A stretch of DNA of 64,000 nt from Clostridium thermobutyricum (GTDB taxonomy: Bacteria; Bacillota; Clostridia; Ch29): assembly GCA_016842005.1 (NCBI GenBank), contig JAENYD010000008.1:17579-81578 (forward strand), given 5' to 3'. Within the stretch, counting starts at the first letter, position 1, and each line of letters starts with the position of its first letter. Positions 51,792-60,450 of this stretch are shown one piece after another. The notes under the pieces were generated by a model, which was not told the origin of the DNA, searched no databases, and saw nothing but the letters and a program-made list of their open reading frames with translations. The translations under genes were made by a program, and so were the position numbers.

Positions 51792-52483
51792 TGAAACTGG
51801 GTCCCAGACTGAAGGCCGTAGCCGATATGATACCCGCGGGCAGTGTTGTTGCCGACATAGGTACCGACCATGGGTATCTCCCTGTTTATCTTGTGGAGCA
51901 GGGGGTGTCTGTCGGTGTGGTTGCAACAGATGTTAACCAGGGTCCTTTGAATAAGGCAATAGAGCAGATAAGGTTTCACCGTCTTGAAGACAGAATAATA
52001 ACGCGGCTGGGCAGAGGTTTGAATGCTGTAACCCCCGGAGAGGTAAATGTGGTGGTAATAGCGGGTATGGGTGGGGTACTTATAACCGATATCCTGCATG
52101 AGGGACGACGGGTGATAGAAAAAGCCGAACTTCTGGTGCTCCAGCCCATGAACGCCCAGGAATCGGTGAGACGGTGGCTTGTCGAAAACGGTTTTTCCAT
52201 TTCGGACGAAGTCCTGGCCATGGAAAACCGAAAAATATATGAGATTATTGCTGCTGTTCATGGGTCCCAAACAATTGAAGACCCAATTCATTATGAAATA
52301 GGACAAAGGCTGATTGAAAAGAAAGATCCCCTGCTTCCCCTGCTGCTGGAGATGAAAATAGGAGGGTGCGTCAAAGTGGTACATGAACTGATGGGGGTGG
52401 ATTCTCCCGGGGCAAAGGCCCGGCTGGAGGAATTTCAGCAGCGGATAAGGTGGTATAAAGAGGTGATGGAGTATTGCCGGTAA
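51791..52483 (+). CDS. trmK: tRNA (adenine22-N1)-methyltransferase TrmK (YqfN)
   Basis: 230 aa with SAM motif VADIGTDHGYLP. Position after sigA is as in B. subtilis yqfN. Confidence 0.85.
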   Translation: MKLGPRLKAVADMIPAGSVVADIGTDHGYLPVYLVEQGVSVGVVATDVNQGPLNKAIEQIRFHRLEDRIITRLGRGLNAVTPGEVNVVVIAGMGGVLITDILHEGRRVIEKAELLVLQPMNAQESVRRWLVENGFSISDEVLAMENRKIYEIIAAVHGSQTIEDPIHYEIGQRLIEKKDPLLPLLLEMKIGGCVKVVHELMGVDSPGAKARLEEFQQRIRWYKEVMEYCR

Positions 52484-52549
52484 CCCGCTACTATACTGTA
52501 TATTGAAGAACAGGCAAGGGACACATAAGATAACTGAGAGGTGATGACA

Positions 52550-53668
52550 ATGCCCGCAACCTGCAGGGATATAATAGATATCATAGAGGCGGCGGCCCCG
52601 CCCTGTATGGCTGAAAAATGGGACAATACCGGGTTGCAGCTGGGACATCCGGATAAACAGGTGAAAAAGGTAATGGTGGCCATTGACTTGCTGGAAGAGG
52701 TGGCCAGGGAAGCGGTGGAAAAGCAGGTGGACATGATTGTAACCCATCATCCTTTTATACTGAAGCCGGTGAAAAGCATCCGGGAAGACCATTTTACCGG
52801 TAAAGTGGCATCAATGTTAATACGTAATGGCATATCCCTGTATTGTGCCCATACCAATCTTGATATCGCCCCCGGCGGTATCAACGATATGCTGGCAGAG
52901 AAGCTTGAACTGGGGGATACCCGGGTACTGGCCGAAACGGTGAAGGAATACTATAACAAGATTGTTGTATATGTTCCTGCCGGTCATGAAGACAGGGTGC
53001 GGGATGCAATGGCGGATGCGGGAGCCGGATGGATAGGAAATTACAGCCACTGTACTTTCCAGACCCAAGGAACCGGAACTTTTAAGCCGGCGGACGGCAC
53101 AAACCCCTATATAGGTACCCGGGGAATACTGGAAAAGGTGGAGGAATACAGACTTGAGACCATTGTGCCCCGGGAAATTACCTCCAGGGTGATAGATGCG
53201 GTAAAGGATGTCCACCCCTATGAGGAAGTGGCGTACGACATATTCAGGCTGGAAAACAGGCGGGAAGGGTTTGGCCTGGGCCGTATAGGCGTACTGGACA
53301 AAGAAATGTCCCTTAAAGAGTTTGCCGGTCGTGTAAAAGAACTGCTCGGGCTGGAGTATGTAACTGTGTCCGGTGACCTGAACAAAGCAATTTCAAAGGT
53401 TGCCCTGTGCGGGGGCAGTGGAGGGAGCCTGATACAGCAGGCGGTTGCCAGGGGTGCAGACGTATATGTGACGGGAGATATCAAATATCATCAGGCTCAC
53501 CAGGCTTTGAGTCTGGATATGGCCATTGTGGATGCGGGCCATTACGGTACCGAGAAATTTTCTGCAGACATATTGATGGGTTATATTATTCAAGGCGCCA
53601 GGAACAAAGGTAAAGACATTGAAGTGATTAAATCCTGTATAAATGTAGATCCTTTTATCGCTCTATAG
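52550..53668 (+). CDS. Nif3-family dinuclear metal centre protein (YqfO/GTP cyclohydrolase 1 type 2 homologue)
   Basis: 375 aa Nif3/YqfO family (VTHHPFI, CAHTNLD, DVYVTGDIKYHQAHQA). ATG 52550 follows a GAGAGGTGA RBS. Confidence 0.85.
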   Translation: MPATCRDIIDIIEAAAPPCMAEKWDNTGLQLGHPDKQVKKVMVAIDLLEEVAREAVEKQVDMIVTHHPFILKPVKSIREDHFTGKVASMLIRNGISLYCAHTNLDIAPGGINDMLAEKLELGDTRVLAETVKEYYNKIVVYVPAGHEDRVRDAMADAGAGWIGNYSHCTFQTQGTGTFKPADGTNPYIGTRGILEKVEEYRLETIVPREITSRVIDAVKDVHPYEEVAYDIFRLENRREGFGLGRIGVLDKEMSLKEFAGRVKELLGLEYVTVSGDLNKAISKVALCGGSGGSLIQQAVARGADVYVTGDIKYHQAHQALSLDMAIVDAGHYGTEKFSADILMGYIIQGARNKGKDIEVIKSCINVDPFIAL

Positions 53669-53706
53669 TACCACATTTTATATGGGGTATTGGGAGGTGT
53701 CAGAAA

Positions 53707-54417
53707 ATGAATCAGATTGAACTGTTGTGGCAGCTACAAAACCTGGACAGCGAAATAATGGAACTGGAAAGAAAGCTGAATGCCGCAGAAATCAAAGAAA
53801 GGCTGAAAGAGATAAAGCTTAAATTTGATGCGGAAAAGGAAAAACTGGATAGCAATAAAGAGCTGGTGGACCGGGGTAAAAAAGAGATCCGGGCAAGCAA
53901 GACAAAAAAAGAGGAACTCAGGTTCAGTTTTCAGAAGACCGAAGAAAAGCTATACAGTGGAATTGTATCCAGTGCCAAGCAGATGGAAGCAATGCAGAAA
54001 AACCTGGATGAGACCCAAAACACCATTCAGAAACTGGAAGATAAGATGAGCCAATTGAAACAGGAAGTAGAAGACCTGGAGGAAGAGGAGAAGAAAGGTA
54101 AGCTTAAGCTCCTCAGACTAAAAAACACCTTTGACAGTCTGAAAAAGGAGTATACCGAGAACAGGCAGGAAGCCGCCAAAAAGTATGAGGCTCTTAAGGA
54201 AAAGCGGCAGGAACTGGTGAAAACAATTAATAAGAATCTTCTCAGGAGTTACAACAGGGTGAAGACGGGTACGGACACTGCGGTTGTCCTCGTGGAAGAC
54301 GGAAAATGCAGCGGATGTCATATGGAAGTTTCGGTTTTATGCATGCAGCATTTGAAAGAAGGCAGTATTGTAAGCTGTGAAACCTGCGGGCGGATTTTAT
54401 ACCAAAGAGAGAGTTGA
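53707..54417 (+). CDS. COG1579 coiled-coil protein with C-terminal C4 zinc ribbon
   Basis: 236 aa, largely coiled coil, ending with CSGCHMEVS...CETCGRIL. A conserved partner of nif3. Confidence 0.8.
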   Translation: MNQIELLWQLQNLDSEIMELERKLNAAEIKERLKEIKLKFDAEKEKLDSNKELVDRGKKEIRASKTKKEELRFSFQKTEEKLYSGIVSSAKQMEAMQKNLDETQNTIQKLEDKMSQLKQEVEDLEEEEKKGKLKLLRLKNTFDSLKKEYTENRQEAAKKYEALKEKRQELVKTINKNLLRSYNRVKTGTDTAVVLVEDGKCSGCHMEVSVLCMQHLKEGSIVSCETCGRILYQRES

Positions 54418-54428
54418 CGGGGGTAAAA

Positions 54429-54830
54429 ATGGATAAACTAATTATATATTCGGACGGTGGTGCCAGAGGAAATCCGGGAGATGCAGGCATCGGCGTGGCA
54501 ATCTACGACAAAGACGGAAACATTATAAGGGAAATCAGCAGGTATATAGGCACCCAGACCAATAATGTGGCCGAATATTATGCCCTGGTCAGAGGGCTGG
54601 AAGAAGCTGTAAGTTTGGGAGCCAAATCGGTAGACATTTTCATGGACAGCGAACTGGTGGTCAAGCAGGTCATGGGAGAGTACAGGGTTAAAAACGAGGG
54701 ATTAAGGCCCTTTTATGAAATTGTCAGAGCCTGTCTCGGCAGATTCGAAAACTGGTCCATAAATCATGTGCCGCGGGAGAAGAATAAGGTGGCTGACAGG
54801 CTTGTCAACTGTGGCATAGACTGTAAGTAG
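54429..54830 (+). CDS. rnhA: ribonuclease HI
   Basis: MDKLIIYSDGGARGNPGDAGIGV... plus the catalytic DSELV and HVPREKN motifs. ATG 54429 follows a GGGGGT RBS, and the track ORF starts at TTG 54414. Confidence 0.85.
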   Translation: MDKLIIYSDGGARGNPGDAGIGVAIYDKDGNIIREISRYIGTQTNNVAEYYALVRGLEEAVSLGAKSVDIFMDSELVVKQVMGEYRVKNEGLRPFYEIVRACLGRFENWSINHVPREKNKVADRLVNCGIDCK

Positions 54831-54846
54831 TCCCATAATGATATGG

Positions 54847-54876
54847 TTGACATAATACTTTGTCCTGTGGTATGAT
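54847..54876 (+). promoter_or_regulatory. sigma-A promoter of rnpB
   Basis: TTGACA-18-TATGAT with a TG extended -10 (TGGTATGAT). Confidence 0.65.
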
Positions 54877-54899
54877 ATACTTCGAGACAAAAAAAGACG

Positions 54900-55336
54900 G
54901 AAATACGAGTAAGTCGGGTGGTTGCATGGGTCCTTTGAGGCCCATGAGGAAAGTCCGAGCTTCGCAGGGCAGGGTGCCGGGTAACACCCGGTGGAGGCGA
55001 CTCCAAGGAAAGTGCAACAGAAATATACCGCCCAGCACTTAACTGAGCACAGTATGTGCATATTGCTGAAATCCGGCTATGTCGGAATAATTCAACCGTA
55101 TGGATTTATTATGCTTAGTTAAGTGCTGGGTAAGGGTGGAAAGGCGAGGTAAGAGCTCACCAGCATGCAGGTAACTGCATGGCTCTGTAAACCCCATCCG
55201 AAGCAAGACCAAGCAGGGGCGGAAAAGCGGCGGCCCGTCGTGCCCCGTGGTAGGTCGCTGGAGCCTGCTGGTGACAGCAGGCCTAGATAGATGACCATCC
55301 AAGACAGAACTCGGCTTACAGACTTGCTCGTATAAG
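54900..55336 (+). ncRNA. rnpB: RNase P RNA (bacterial class A), ends approximate
   Basis: Universal motifs GAGGAAAGTCCG...GGGCAGGGTGCCGGGTAACACC...AGTGCAACAGAAA and GGTAAGGGTGGAAAGG...GGTAAGAGC...CCTAGATAGATGAC...ACAGAACTCGGCTTA. P1 pairs 54903..54915 with 55321..55333. Overlapping track ORFs 54860..55042 and 55039..55302 are spurious. Confidence 0.9.
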
Positions 55337-55598
55337 AAAAGACACAGGATTATACGCCACTGACGTATAGTCCTGTTCCTATTGTAGCGACTTTTGCTGA
55401 ATAATTCAACTGTAAGCCCATTATATCATGGAACATCTTTTTTTAATACCGCTCGGCTGTATTACAGCAATTGGGTCAGATTTAAACCGGCGTTTTTTTA
55501 AACTATCCCGGCATTTTATATGTTCATATCTCAATTAGTTTCATATCGTCTTATAAGAAAAAATGAACGATACCCTTTTCTTTCATGACTAAGGGCGT

Positions 55599-56042
55599 TT
55601 GGAAATGAGCGATTTAATCGATAAAGGTTTTGAATATTTATCAGAAAACGATCCCAAAGCAGCCTGCGATATTTGGCTGGAAGTATGGGAAGCGATGAAG
55701 TACAGAATTAAACCGGAATTCGAAAATCTCAAGGTTTTGGATAAGCAGTATAAAGGGAGTTTTTTTGTAAGTAACTTCTGTCAAGACTTAGAGCGGGAAT
55801 TACACAATGCTGGTTTGAAGGATAAAAAGTATTTTGAAAAAAGGATTAACTATTGCAGAGAATTTTGTGACTACTTCCCAGACGAAGATGAATTAATTAT
55901 TCATAATATGAGGTGTGCTATTGCAGAATCGTACTCCAGTCTCGAAAACCCTGAAAGGGCTGAACTGGAGTTTAAAAAGTTGGTACAGGATTATCCAGAT
56001 AATCCATGGGATATATCGGATGGGGGGATATGTATTTTTTAG
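55599..56042 (+). CDS. hypothetical protein; may be the 5' part of a frameshifted gene continuing to about 56170
   Basis: 147-aa ORF in an AT-rich block, stopping at TAG after a T6 run. The +1 frame continues as LDRKDNYAKAKELYEKAWLWQRKEQM, followed by a further fragment MAAQERLEDLEDVIKEL. Confidence 0.4.
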   Translation: MEMSDLIDKGFEYLSENDPKAACDIWLEVWEAMKYRIKPEFENLKVLDKQYKGSFFVSNFCQDLERELHNAGLKDKKYFEKRINYCREFCDYFPDEDELIIHNMRCAIAESYSSLENPERAELEFKKLVQDYPDNPWDISDGGICIF

Positions 56043-56349
56043 ACAGAAAAGATAATTATGCAAAGGCCAAAGAGCTGTATGAAAAAGCTTGGCTCTGGCA
56101 GAGGAAGGAACAGATGTGATGGCTGCACAGGAAAGGCTGGAGGATTTGGAAGACGTTATAAAAGAGCTATAAACAGGATTCTTGGCTTCAGGTGGGGTTT
56201 TACATCTGAAGTTTAGAAACCGCTATCCAGGGGCGTAGCGCCGCTTATCTCCCACCTCTAAGAGGACGGAAGTATTAGCGGCGGTAGGCATCGGATAAAA
56301 CAAATATTTAATAAGAAACCATATCAAAGTAAGGGAGTAGCCAGAAACT

Positions 56350-56395
56350 TAAAACAGGTGTTATACGCCGGTTGCGTAGAACGCCTGTTTTTCTA
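56350..56395 (+). terminator. rho-independent terminator (nested hairpin plus T5)
   Basis: AAAACAGGTG...TACGC-CGGTTG-CGTAG...CGCCTGTTTTTC. Confidence 0.55.
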
Positions 56396-56660
56396 TTAAC
56401 TGCAGCTGCAGCAATATTATCAGATAAATTTAAAAAATATTTAAAAAGAAGAAGGAATAATTTTATAAATATCGAATACATACAGTATAAAAATAAGCAA
56501 TCATATAAAAAACGACAAAATATTACTGAAATATTAAAATAATTTAAGCGATAATAACAGTGTTTTTTAATAAATATTGTAATCAATTTTAATTTGGTAT
56601 CTTATCATAACTAATCGGCAATAAAACCGGTTAACTAATAATCCATTGAGGAGGGGCAGG

Positions 56661-57224
56661 ATGAAAAAAACAATAGGTGAAAAAATTAAAGAACTGCGTA
56701 CCAAGCAAGGACTTACATTAAAGGACCTCAGCGAAAAAACCAATTTATCCGTGAGTTTCTTATCCCAGGCGGAAAGGGGATTAACTTCCATTGCCATCCA
56801 TTCTCTGGAGAACATTGCAGAGGCTTTAGGAGGGGAACTTTCTTATTTTTTTACCCCTCCCAAAAAACACGAAACCAAAATCATGCGCAGTTATGAACAG
56901 GAAGATTTCAGAATAGAAAAATCAAGGTTCATATATTACAGTTTGGCCAACGATATGGATGGAAAAGTCCTGGATCCGATGCTTGTGGTTGTGTTGCCGG
57001 GGGATAAGAAAAGTCAGATAAACCCATATCCCCACAAAGGTGAAGAGTTTGTTTATGTTCTGGAAGGCATATTGACTGTGTTTATTGGAGACGAGGAGTA
57101 TCAACTCTATCCGGGGGACAGTTATCATATAAATTCTACCATACCGCATGAATGGTGTAATTTTACAAGTAAAATAGTCAAACTGCTTTCGGTTAACACT
57201 CCGAGTGTATTCAGCAGAAAGTAA
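56661..57224 (+). CDS. XRE-family HTH plus cupin domain transcriptional regulator
   Basis: N-terminal HTH_3 (IGEKIKELRTKQGLTLKDLSEKTNLSVSFLSQAERG) and a C-terminal cupin_2 beta-barrel. ATG 56661 follows a GAGGAGGGG RBS, and an AT-rich 350-nt region lies upstream. Confidence 0.85.
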   Translation: MKKTIGEKIKELRTKQGLTLKDLSEKTNLSVSFLSQAERGLTSIAIHSLENIAEALGGELSYFFTPPKKHETKIMRSYEQEDFRIEKSRFIYYSLANDMDGKVLDPMLVVVLPGDKKSQINPYPHKGEEFVYVLEGILTVFIGDEEYQLYPGDSYHINSTIPHEWCNFTSKIVKLLSVNTPSVFSRK

Positions 57225-57245
57225 TCCACCTTTTATTACTAATCC

Positions 57246-58382
57246 ATGAAGGGAGGGAACCTATTGAACGAAATCTTAACAATAAGAAAGAAAGTGCTGG
57301 TAGAAGAATTAATGCAGCATAACATGTCATACGCACTGATAACCAATCCGTCAAACATATTCTATTTTACCGGAATAGCGATTACGCCTCACGAAAGATT
57401 TTTGGGATTGCTGGTTGATTCGAAACAAGATACATATCAAATGATTGTTCCGGAACTTGAAAGCAATAAGGTGAGAGATTATCAACTTGACCAGATGGTA
57501 TACAGGGATAACGAAGACGCTCTGGAAATTTTAACAGAACAGATCAGGGATTGCAGTTATCTGGGAGTAGAGAAAAATCATATTTCACTTAATACAGCTC
57601 AGACCCTGGAAAATTATTTGAAGTCCCGGCATCAAAATTTCACGGGTTATAAAGAAATAGGTGAATTTATTAATAAAATGCGGTTAATAAAGGACCTTGG
57701 AGAGATTCAGCGTCTTAGAAAGGCTGCAATATGTATTGATGAAGTTTTGAAAAATACTGTGAATTATATTGCCATAGGTAGAACGGAGAAGCAAGTCAAA
57801 GCTAAGATATTGCAGGAGATCGCAGAACAGAAAGGGACTTCGGGGGTTGCCTTTGACATTCAGGTTTCGAGCGGACCCAATGCATCAAATCCCCATGGAG
57901 AAACAGGAGACAGAAGGGTTAGAGAAGGAGAAGCAATTGTTATAGATTGCGGTGTGGTTTATGGAGGCTACAGGTCGGATATTACACGTACTTTTTTCGC
58001 GGGTACACCGGCTGAAGACATCAAAAAAATTTATAGTGTTGTGCTGGAAGCCCAGAAGAAAGCCATTGACACAGTAAAACCGGGTTTGGAAATGAGACAG
58101 ATTGATATTGCTGCACGAAATGTAATTGAAAAGGCAGGGTATGGCAGGTATTTTACCTGCAGGGTAGGTCATGGTATAGGGATAGATATTCATGAACTCC
58201 CTTCATTGCATGACAGAAACAAAGGGTTATTGAAAGAAGGGATGGTTTTTACAATTGAGCCCGGGATTTATATACCCGGTGTTGTAGGGGTAAGGATAGA
58301 AGATGATGTTGTTGTAACAGAAGATGGGGTGGAAATATTAACTCAATTCCCTAAGGAATTGAATGAAATAATCATATTTTAA
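57246..58382 (+). CDS. M24 family metallopeptidase (Xaa-Pro aminopeptidase/creatinase-like)
   Basis: Creatinase_N-like N-domain plus a pita-bread C-domain with metal ligands (DCGVVYGGYRSD, HGIGIDIHE, IEDDVVV). The start may be TTG 57264, which has a better RBS. Confidence 0.8.
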   Translation: MKGGNLLNEILTIRKKVLVEELMQHNMSYALITNPSNIFYFTGIAITPHERFLGLLVDSKQDTYQMIVPELESNKVRDYQLDQMVYRDNEDALEILTEQIRDCSYLGVEKNHISLNTAQTLENYLKSRHQNFTGYKEIGEFINKMRLIKDLGEIQRLRKAAICIDEVLKNTVNYIAIGRTEKQVKAKILQEIAEQKGTSGVAFDIQVSSGPNASNPHGETGDRRVREGEAIVIDCGVVYGGYRSDITRTFFAGTPAEDIKKIYSVVLEAQKKAIDTVKPGLEMRQIDIAARNVIEKAGYGRYFTCRVGHGIGIDIHELPSLHDRNKGLLKEGMVFTIEPGIYIPGVVGVRIEDDVVVTEDGVEILTQFPKELNEIIIF

Positions 58383-58404
58383 TCAGGTCAGGAGGGTAAA
58401 TATC

Positions 58405-60438
58405 GTGGGAAGATATAGAGTTTCAGCAGACATCGGCGGGACTTTCACAGACCTTGTATTTTACGATATTGCTACAGGTGCATACAAACAAGGCAAAACA
58501 TTGAGTACTCCGCCCAACCTGTCAGAAGCAATTATCAAAGGTATTAATGAAAAAATTGATGATTATTCGGAGATAGACCTATTTGTTCACGGTACCACTT
58601 CGGGATTGAATGCCTTTCTGGAAAGAAAAGGGGTTAAGGTAGCGTTAATAACAACTGAAGGATTTAAGGATGTGTATCATATAGGTCGCGGTAACAGAAA
58701 AGAGATGTATAACCTGTATTTTAAGAAACCCGCACCGCTGGTCAAAAGAAGAGACGTCTTTGAAGTGGAAGAAAGAATACTGTTTGACGGTTCGGTTGAG
58801 AAGCAGATAAACAGGGAGAATGTAACAGAAGTACTGCGGCAGATAGAGAAAGGGCAGTACCAGTCGGTAGCCGTATGCCTGATCAATGCTTATGTTAATC
58901 CGGAACACGAAATTTTTATAGGTGATATTTGCAGGGAGATGCTGCCAGGTGTGTCTGTTTCCCTTTCCCATAAGATAGCCAGGGAATGGCGGGAATATGA
59001 ACGTACCAGTACAACTGTGTTGAACGCATATATTGCCCCCATAGTGCAAAAATATCTTGAACTGCTTGAAGAGAGAATGAAAGAGAAAGGGTTCAATGAG
59101 ACAATACATATTATGCAATCGGGAGGCGGAGTAATAACATCCCCCATAGCAAAGGATATTCCCATCCAAACCCTGTTATCCGGCCCCGTGGGAGGAGCGG
59201 TAGGCAACAAGTCACTATCCGAGATGCTGGAATATAAAAATCTGATCGGTGTTGATATGGGCGGTACCAGTTATGATGTCAGCATGATAATAGACGGCAA
59301 GCCTGACGTATCTATGGAGACAAATCTGGAAGGATTTCCGGTACTAACTCCCATGATTAACATTTACACAATAGGGGCCGGTGGAGGAAGTATTGCATGG
59401 ATAGAAGGCGGTGGGCTCAGGGTGGGGCCCTTAAGCGCAGGAGCGGACCCGGGACCTGCCTGCTACGGTAAGGGAGGCAGTGAACCCACAATCACAGATG
59501 CCAATGTAGTACTGGGAAGAATAGACCCGGAGGGATTCCTGGGCGGGAAAATGATATTGGATAAAGAAGCGGCAGTGGAGGCCGTAGGCAAGATTGCTGA
59601 AAAGCTTAATCTTTCCATACAGGAAACAGCAGAAGGTATATGTAAAGTTGCAGATGCCAAGATGGCGGATGCTATCAGGCAGCTTACCATACGAAAAGGC
59701 ATTGATCCACGGGAATTTGTTTTAGTACCTTTCGGCGGAGCCGGTCCCATGCATGCCTGTCTGACTGCCGAGGAGTTGGGGATAGAGACAATACTGGTAC
59801 CTGAAATGCCCGGTATCTTCTCCGCATGGGGAATGCTGCAGTGCGATATCAGGCAGGATTCGGTACGTACTTTGAAAAGTATCATATCCAATATATCAAT
59901 AGATGATATTAATGAGAAGTATAACGAGATGATTGAAGAAGTGTCGGTATTGCTGAGACAACAGAATATTGGCAGTGAACACAGCGAGTTTCAGAAAATT
60001 GCCGATGTAAGGTACCTGGGTCAGGAATATACTGTGCGGGTGCCCTTTAAACAGGGTGAAATAAACGGGAGCACTTTGAAAGAACTGAGTGACACTTTCC
60101 ACCAATACCACCAGAATATATACGGTCACAGCAATCCTGACGGCGAGGTAGAAATAGTAAATATTCGTCTGGTGGGTATTGGTAAGCTGGACAAGGTACA
60201 GAAGAGGAAATCCCTGCAGTTAAGCACCGCCAGGCCAAAGGCACGGAAGTCCTGTAAAGCGGTTTTCTATGGTAAGGAATGGAAAACTCAGATATACCTG
60301 CGGGACGACCTTGAGCCCGGACAGAAATTTGCCGGTCCTGCTATAGTGGAAGAACTGACAAGCACGATAGTAATACCGCCGGGCTATGAAGTTACTGTTG
60401 ATGGGTTTAACAATCTGTTAATAAAGAAGATGAAATAG
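58405..60438 (+). CDS. hyuA: hydantoinase A / N-methylhydantoinase A / oxoprolinase-type subunit (HyuA family)
   Basis: 677 aa. N-terminus SADIGGTFTDLV and actin-like ATPase motifs (DMGGTSYDVS, GAGGGS) of the hydantoinase_A family. GTG start follows a GGAGGG RBS. Confidence 0.85.
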   Translation: MGRYRVSADIGGTFTDLVFYDIATGAYKQGKTLSTPPNLSEAIIKGINEKIDDYSEIDLFVHGTTSGLNAFLERKGVKVALITTEGFKDVYHIGRGNRKEMYNLYFKKPAPLVKRRDVFEVEERILFDGSVEKQINRENVTEVLRQIEKGQYQSVAVCLINAYVNPEHEIFIGDICREMLPGVSVSLSHKIAREWREYERTSTTVLNAYIAPIVQKYLELLEERMKEKGFNETIHIMQSGGGVITSPIAKDIPIQTLLSGPVGGAVGNKSLSEMLEYKNLIGVDMGGTSYDVSMIIDGKPDVSMETNLEGFPVLTPMINIYTIGAGGGSIAWIEGGGLRVGPLSAGADPGPACYGKGGSEPTITDANVVLGRIDPEGFLGGKMILDKEAAVEAVGKIAEKLNLSIQETAEGICKVADAKMADAIRQLTIRKGIDPREFVLVPFGGAGPMHACLTAEELGIETILVPEMPGIFSAWGMLQCDIRQDSVRTLKSIISNISIDDINEKYNEMIEEVSVLLRQQNIGSEHSEFQKIADVRYLGQEYTVRVPFKQGEINGSTLKELSDTFHQYHQNIYGHSNPDGEVEIVNIRLVGIGKLDKVQKRKSLQLSTARPKARKSCKAVFYGKEWKTQIYLRDDLEPGQKFAGPAIVEELTSTIVIPPGYEVTVDGFNNLLIKKMK

Positions 60439-60450
60439 GGAGGGATTTGA

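Noticed and set aside
51731-52792. 353-aa minus-strand ORF antisense to trmK/HAD
   Set aside because: His/Gly-rich nonsense composition, no RBS, opposite well-supported genes.
54860-55302. ORFs 54860..55042(+) and 55039..55302(-) in the track
   Set aside because: They lie entirely within the RNase P RNA gene; the RNA motifs explain the region.
56308-56815. Two minus-strand ORFs (92 and 82 aa) in the 20% GC spacer
   Set aside because: Ile/Phe/Tyr/Leu-rich translations typical of AT-rich non-coding DNA, with no RBS. The region more likely holds promoters or operators for the XRE-cupin regulator cluster.
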